From UHGV virus genome UHGV-0087833: a stretch of DNA of 39,497 bases. One strand, 5' to 3'. The position numbers were made by a program, and so were the translations under genes. Within the stretch, counting starts at the first letter, position 1; every line of letters starts with the position of its first letter. The notes beneath the pieces were generated by a model. That model did not search any database. It saw only the letters and a list, made by a program, of their open reading frames with translations, and was not told where the DNA came from. Positions 36,866 through 39,497 of this stretch are shown here, piece after piece. Origin of the DNA: a virus.

Positions 36866-37165
36866 GTGAGAAAGTTAAGCCGACTTGAAAAATATCACAT
36901 GAACAAGGTTTCAATGCGCAGCCCTTCAAAGGTTGTTGCCGTTACTCCTGCGGCGATAGAGATCGAAAAACGCGCGATTGAAAGAGAGAAAAAAGGGCAG
37001 TTCCGCATTGCCGCCCACCTTTGGCTTCAGTGTATGGATGTTGCTTCTGGTGATGTTGAGCGTGCAAGGATCGCGGTTCGCAGGGACCAATGTATCACAA
37101 AAGGTAACGGCCTTCGCCGTGGCGACTATAGCGGCATAGGATGTTGTGGGGTGGTTTATGACTAA
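36866..37165 (+). CDS. Hypothetical protein
   Basis: 99-aa ORF overlapping methyltransferase start; start codon uncertain. Confidence 0.3.
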   Translation: MRKLSRLEKYHMNKVSMRSPSKVVAVTPAAIEIEKRAIEREKKGQFRIAAHLWLQCMDVASGDVERARIAVRRDQCITKGNGLRRGDYSGIGCCGVVYD

Positions 37166-37808
37166 GAAATACACACTAATCTATGCAGATCCACCCTGGG
37201 TATACCGGGACAAAGCCGCAGATGGTAATCGCGGTGCCGGTTTTAAATATCCGGTTATGAGTGTGCTGGATATCTGCCGCCTTCCTGTGTGGGATTTGGC
37301 CGATGAAAACTGTCTGTTGGCCATGTGGTGGGTGCCAACACAACCACTCGAAGCACTAAAAGTTGTTGAAGCCTGGGGATTCCGTCTGATGACCATGAAG
37401 GGCTTCACGTGGATAAAATGTGGTAGTCGACAACCAGATAAACTGGTTATGGGTATGGGACACATGACTCGCGCCAATAGTGAAGATTGCCTGTTTGCAG
37501 TAAAGGGAAAACTACCTACGCGCATTAATGCAGGGATCGTTCAGTCATTTACCGCACCGCGGCTTGAGCATTCAAGAAAACCAGATATTGTTCGTGAAAA
37601 ACTTGTGCAATTGTTAGGCGATGTTTCTCGCATTGAACTGTTCGCCCGCCAGACGTCTCATGGCTTCGATGTTTGGGGTAATCAGTGCGAAGACCCGGCA
37701 GTGCAACTACACCCTGGATACGCGTTGGATATTGCCGGATTAACAAATGCATTCAGCAATGCTCCGCTGTCACCAACAGACAACCAGGGGCGGGAGCGTG
37801 CAGCATGA
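37158..37808 (+). CDS. MT-A70-family N6-adenine DNA methyltransferase (orphan)
   Basis: DPPW motif (LIYADPPWVY); no adjacent restriction gene. Confidence 0.75.
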   Translation: MTKKYTLIYADPPWVYRDKAADGNRGAGFKYPVMSVLDICRLPVWDLADENCLLAMWWVPTQPLEALKVVEAWGFRLMTMKGFTWIKCGSRQPDKLVMGMGHMTRANSEDCLFAVKGKLPTRINAGIVQSFTAPRLEHSRKPDIVREKLVQLLGDVSRIELFARQTSHGFDVWGNQCEDPAVQLHPGYALDIAGLTNAFSNAPLSPTDNQGRERAA

Positions 37809-37999
37809 ACAGGGCATCGCCAGCAGATTTAAGGAAATGCCTTGAAACTGCAAACATGCTTGCACACAGCGGGATCAGGTTTGTTCCAATTCCCGCTGTC
37901 ACTGATGCTGAATTTGCAACGCTGTCAGCAATATTCGCAGACAAAATTGAATCACTGGCAGCAGAAGCCGAGATGGAAGAAAATCAGCAGAACTATTAA
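37805..37999 (+). CDS. Small hypothetical protein
   Basis: 64 aa; ATGA overlap with methyltransferase stop; convergent with int. Confidence 0.4.
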   Translation: MNRASPADLRKCLETANMLAHSGIRFVPIPAVTDAEFATLSAIFADKIESLAAEAEMEENQQNY

Positions 38000-38002
38000 A
38001 CG

Positions 38003-39253
38003 TTATTCTCCCGCCATCCACTTCTCAAACTTCGACGGGGAGAACGGAATCAGATCCGTATGCTCCCCGTCAATCCAGGAATCAATCATATCGGCCCACT
38101 GCTGCAACATGTAGGCGCGCTGTCTGGCGTATTCCGCTTTGTTATATACGGCGCGCACACCTTTCTGCTCATGTGCCAGAGCCTTTTCAATCCAGTCTGA
38201 AGGATAACCAGCCTCATGCAACAACGTACTGGCTGTACGGCGCATATCATGTACGGTGAAGTCCTGAATATGCTCACCATCTTCATTTATTATTTTCACC
38301 GTTCTGTCGATCAGAGAGTTCAGCGCGGCATTAGATAATGGCTTCCGGAAATTGTAACGACCAGGAACCAGATATTCACTTCCACCAGCGCACATCTGCA
38401 ACCCAACCAATATATCCTGTGCCTGTTTAGGCAGGTAAATAACGTGCGCCCGGCTTCCCTTCATGCGGTCTGAAGGAATTGTCCATGTCCATTTTTTAAA
38501 ATCTATTTCATCCCACGTTGCATTGGTGAATTCGCCTTTACGAACCATAGTGATAAGCACCAGCTTTAAAGCCATTTTCATAGTGCCCATAGCACCAATG
38601 GCATCCAGCGTGCGGAAGAACAGGCCAATTTCTTCTGGTGTCAGTGTTCGCTCTCGTGGTTTAAATATGGCGATAGACGAAGGTTTAATGTCAGCCGCAG
38701 GATTAAACAAACCATGACCACGGTCATTGGCGTGACGGTATACGCTGCTGATGATCTCCCTGGCCTGTACTGCTGTTGCCCGACCACCGCGTTCGACAAT
38801 CCGGTCACACAAATCACGAACCATCGATGTGGTAATTTCAGCCATCATTTTGTTGCCAAGAACCGGAAGTATGTCACGGTCGATCACCGCCTGCTTCATT
38901 GCGCGGGTACTGTCAGCCAGGATGACGTGTTTCATATAACTGTCGGTATGTACCGCAAACGTCTCGGCACCACGAATCTTTTTGATACCGTCACGTTTAG
39001 CCGCAGCCGGTGACTGGCCTGCTTTAAGCAGCTTCTTTGCAGCAATCAGTTCTTCTCGCGCTTCTGCCAGGCTGATACCGTCACGCCCATACTGCCCGAT
39101 TACCAGTGTTTCGCGGCGACCGTTGATACGGTAGTCATAGCGAAACGAGACCGTGCCTGACGTAAGCACAGCTACATACAGCCCGTCACGATCGGAGACC
39201 TTGTACAGTTTGTCCTGCGGCTTGAGGTTTTTTAATTTTGTATCGGTAAGCAC
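38003..39253 (-). CDS. int: Tyrosine integrase
   Basis: 416 aa; C-terminal catalytic region (HDMRRTASTLLHEAGY...); GTG start with upstream in-frame stop; next to att core. Confidence 0.9.
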   Translation of the reverse strand: MLTDTKLKNLKPQDKLYKVSDRDGLYVAVLTSGTVSFRYDYRINGRRETLVIGQYGRDGISLAEAREELIAAKKLLKAGQSPAAAKRDGIKKIRGAETFAVHTDSYMKHVILADSTRAMKQAVIDRDILPVLGNKMMAEITTSMVRDLCDRIVERGGRATAVQAREIISSVYRHANDRGHGLFNPAADIKPSSIAIFKPRERTLTPEEIGLFFRTLDAIGAMGTMKMALKLVLITMVRKGEFTNATWDEIDFKKWTWTIPSDRMKGSRAHVIYLPKQAQDILVGLQMCAGGSEYLVPGRYNFRKPLSNAALNSLIDRTVKIINEDGEHIQDFTVHDMRRTASTLLHEAGYPSDWIEKALAHEQKGVRAVYNKAEYARQRAYMLQQWADMIDSWIDGEHTDLIPFSPSKFEKWMAGE

Positions 39254-39295
39254 AATTCACCCATATAGAAACCATTTTCATGACGGTATGAGAGT

Positions 39296-39310
39296 ATACC
39301 TTTAAGGTAA
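39296..39310. promoter_or_regulatory. Operator-like ATACC-tttaa-GGTAA (site 13) upstream of int, nested in a larger palindrome
   Basis: About 45 bp upstream of int start; flanked by GACGGTAT (39282-39289) and ATACCGTC (39310-39317). Confidence 0.45.
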
Positions 39311-39366
39311 TACCGTCACCTGTACCGCCGAAAAATATGGTGTAGAGTGAATAGAAATGAATACAT

Positions 39367-39397
39367 AAAAACAAAAACCCTCTGCAAAAACAGAGGG
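39367..39397 (-). terminator. Phage-supplied rho-independent terminator for host guaA
   Basis: CCCTCTG-caaaaa-CAGAGGG followed on the minus strand by TTTTTGTTTT; lies downstream of guaA stop and upstream of int. Confidence 0.7.
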
Positions 39398-39443
39398 TTG
39401 AGTTGGCATCTGAATAGGAATGATTTGCTATGAGTTAGCTGTT

Positions 39444-39460
39444 AATCATTCCCACTCAAT
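39444..39460. repeat. att core, right copy (AATCATTCCCACTCAAT), overlaps guaA stop codon
   Basis: Exact 17-bp match to 38-54; lies next to integrase gene. Confidence 0.8.
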
Positions 39461-39497
39461 AGTCGCTGGTGGCTTGCCGCTGATGTCATACACCACG
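39446..39497 (-). CDS. guaA: GMP synthase 3' end (partial, host gene)
   Basis: Reverse-complement translation gives ...VVYDISGKPPATIEWE-stop, matching the GuaA C-terminus as I recall it; stop TGA at 39446-39448. Confidence 0.75.
   Translation of the reverse strand, partial: VVYDISGKPPATIEWE

Larger units (their letters stand above)
38..39460. mobile_element. Complete integrated prophage (about 39.4 kb), lambdoid regulation with podovirus-type structural module
   Basis: Bounded by identical 17-bp direct repeats; contains integrase, repressor/Cro, replication, packaging, head, tail, lysis modules; host guaA 3' end outside right repeat. Confidence 0.85.

Noticed and set aside
1-39497. CRISPR arrays, insertion sequences, rRNA genes
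   Set aside because: No regularly spaced direct repeats with unique spacers, no transposase-like ORFs with terminal inverted repeats, and no rRNA-like conserved segments were seen on either strand.

Overview
The window holds one complete integrated temperate phage of about 39.4 kb, bounded by a 17-bp direct repeat (AATCATTCCCACTCAAT at 38-54 and 39444-39460). It sits in the 3' end of host guaA: the last 52 bp of the window, read on the minus strand, translate to VVYDISGKPPATIEWE-stop, and the stop codon lies inside the right repeat copy. Gene order on the minus strand runs from a Cro-like gene through replication (O-like initiator with internal iterons, lambda-P-like helicase loader), small accessory genes, small and large terminase, portal, scaffold, capsid, a T7-like tail and internal-core block, tailspike, and a holin/GH19 endolysin/Rz-Rz1 lysis cassette. 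The plus strand carries a tandem-HTH repressor, a leftward-operon analogue (exonuclease, RecT, AlpA-like Xis, MT-A70 methyltransferase), a tRNA-Arg(UCU) unit, and an accessory island between the ejection genes and the tailspike. The layout resembles epsilon15/phiV10-like podoviruses, but that is from memory of gene order, not a search. The most notable signals are (i) a TTACC-N5-GGTAA palindrome at 10 perfect and 3 imperfect intergenic sites, (ii) a LexA box driving an antirepressor pair while the repressor has no autocleavage domain, (iii) a 12-bp palindrome GTGACATGTCAC found three times, each at the end of a transcription unit next to a terminator hairpin, and (iv) a low-GC two-gene cassette of unknown function in the accessory island. 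All calls are from reading the sequence and the ORF track; no database search was run.
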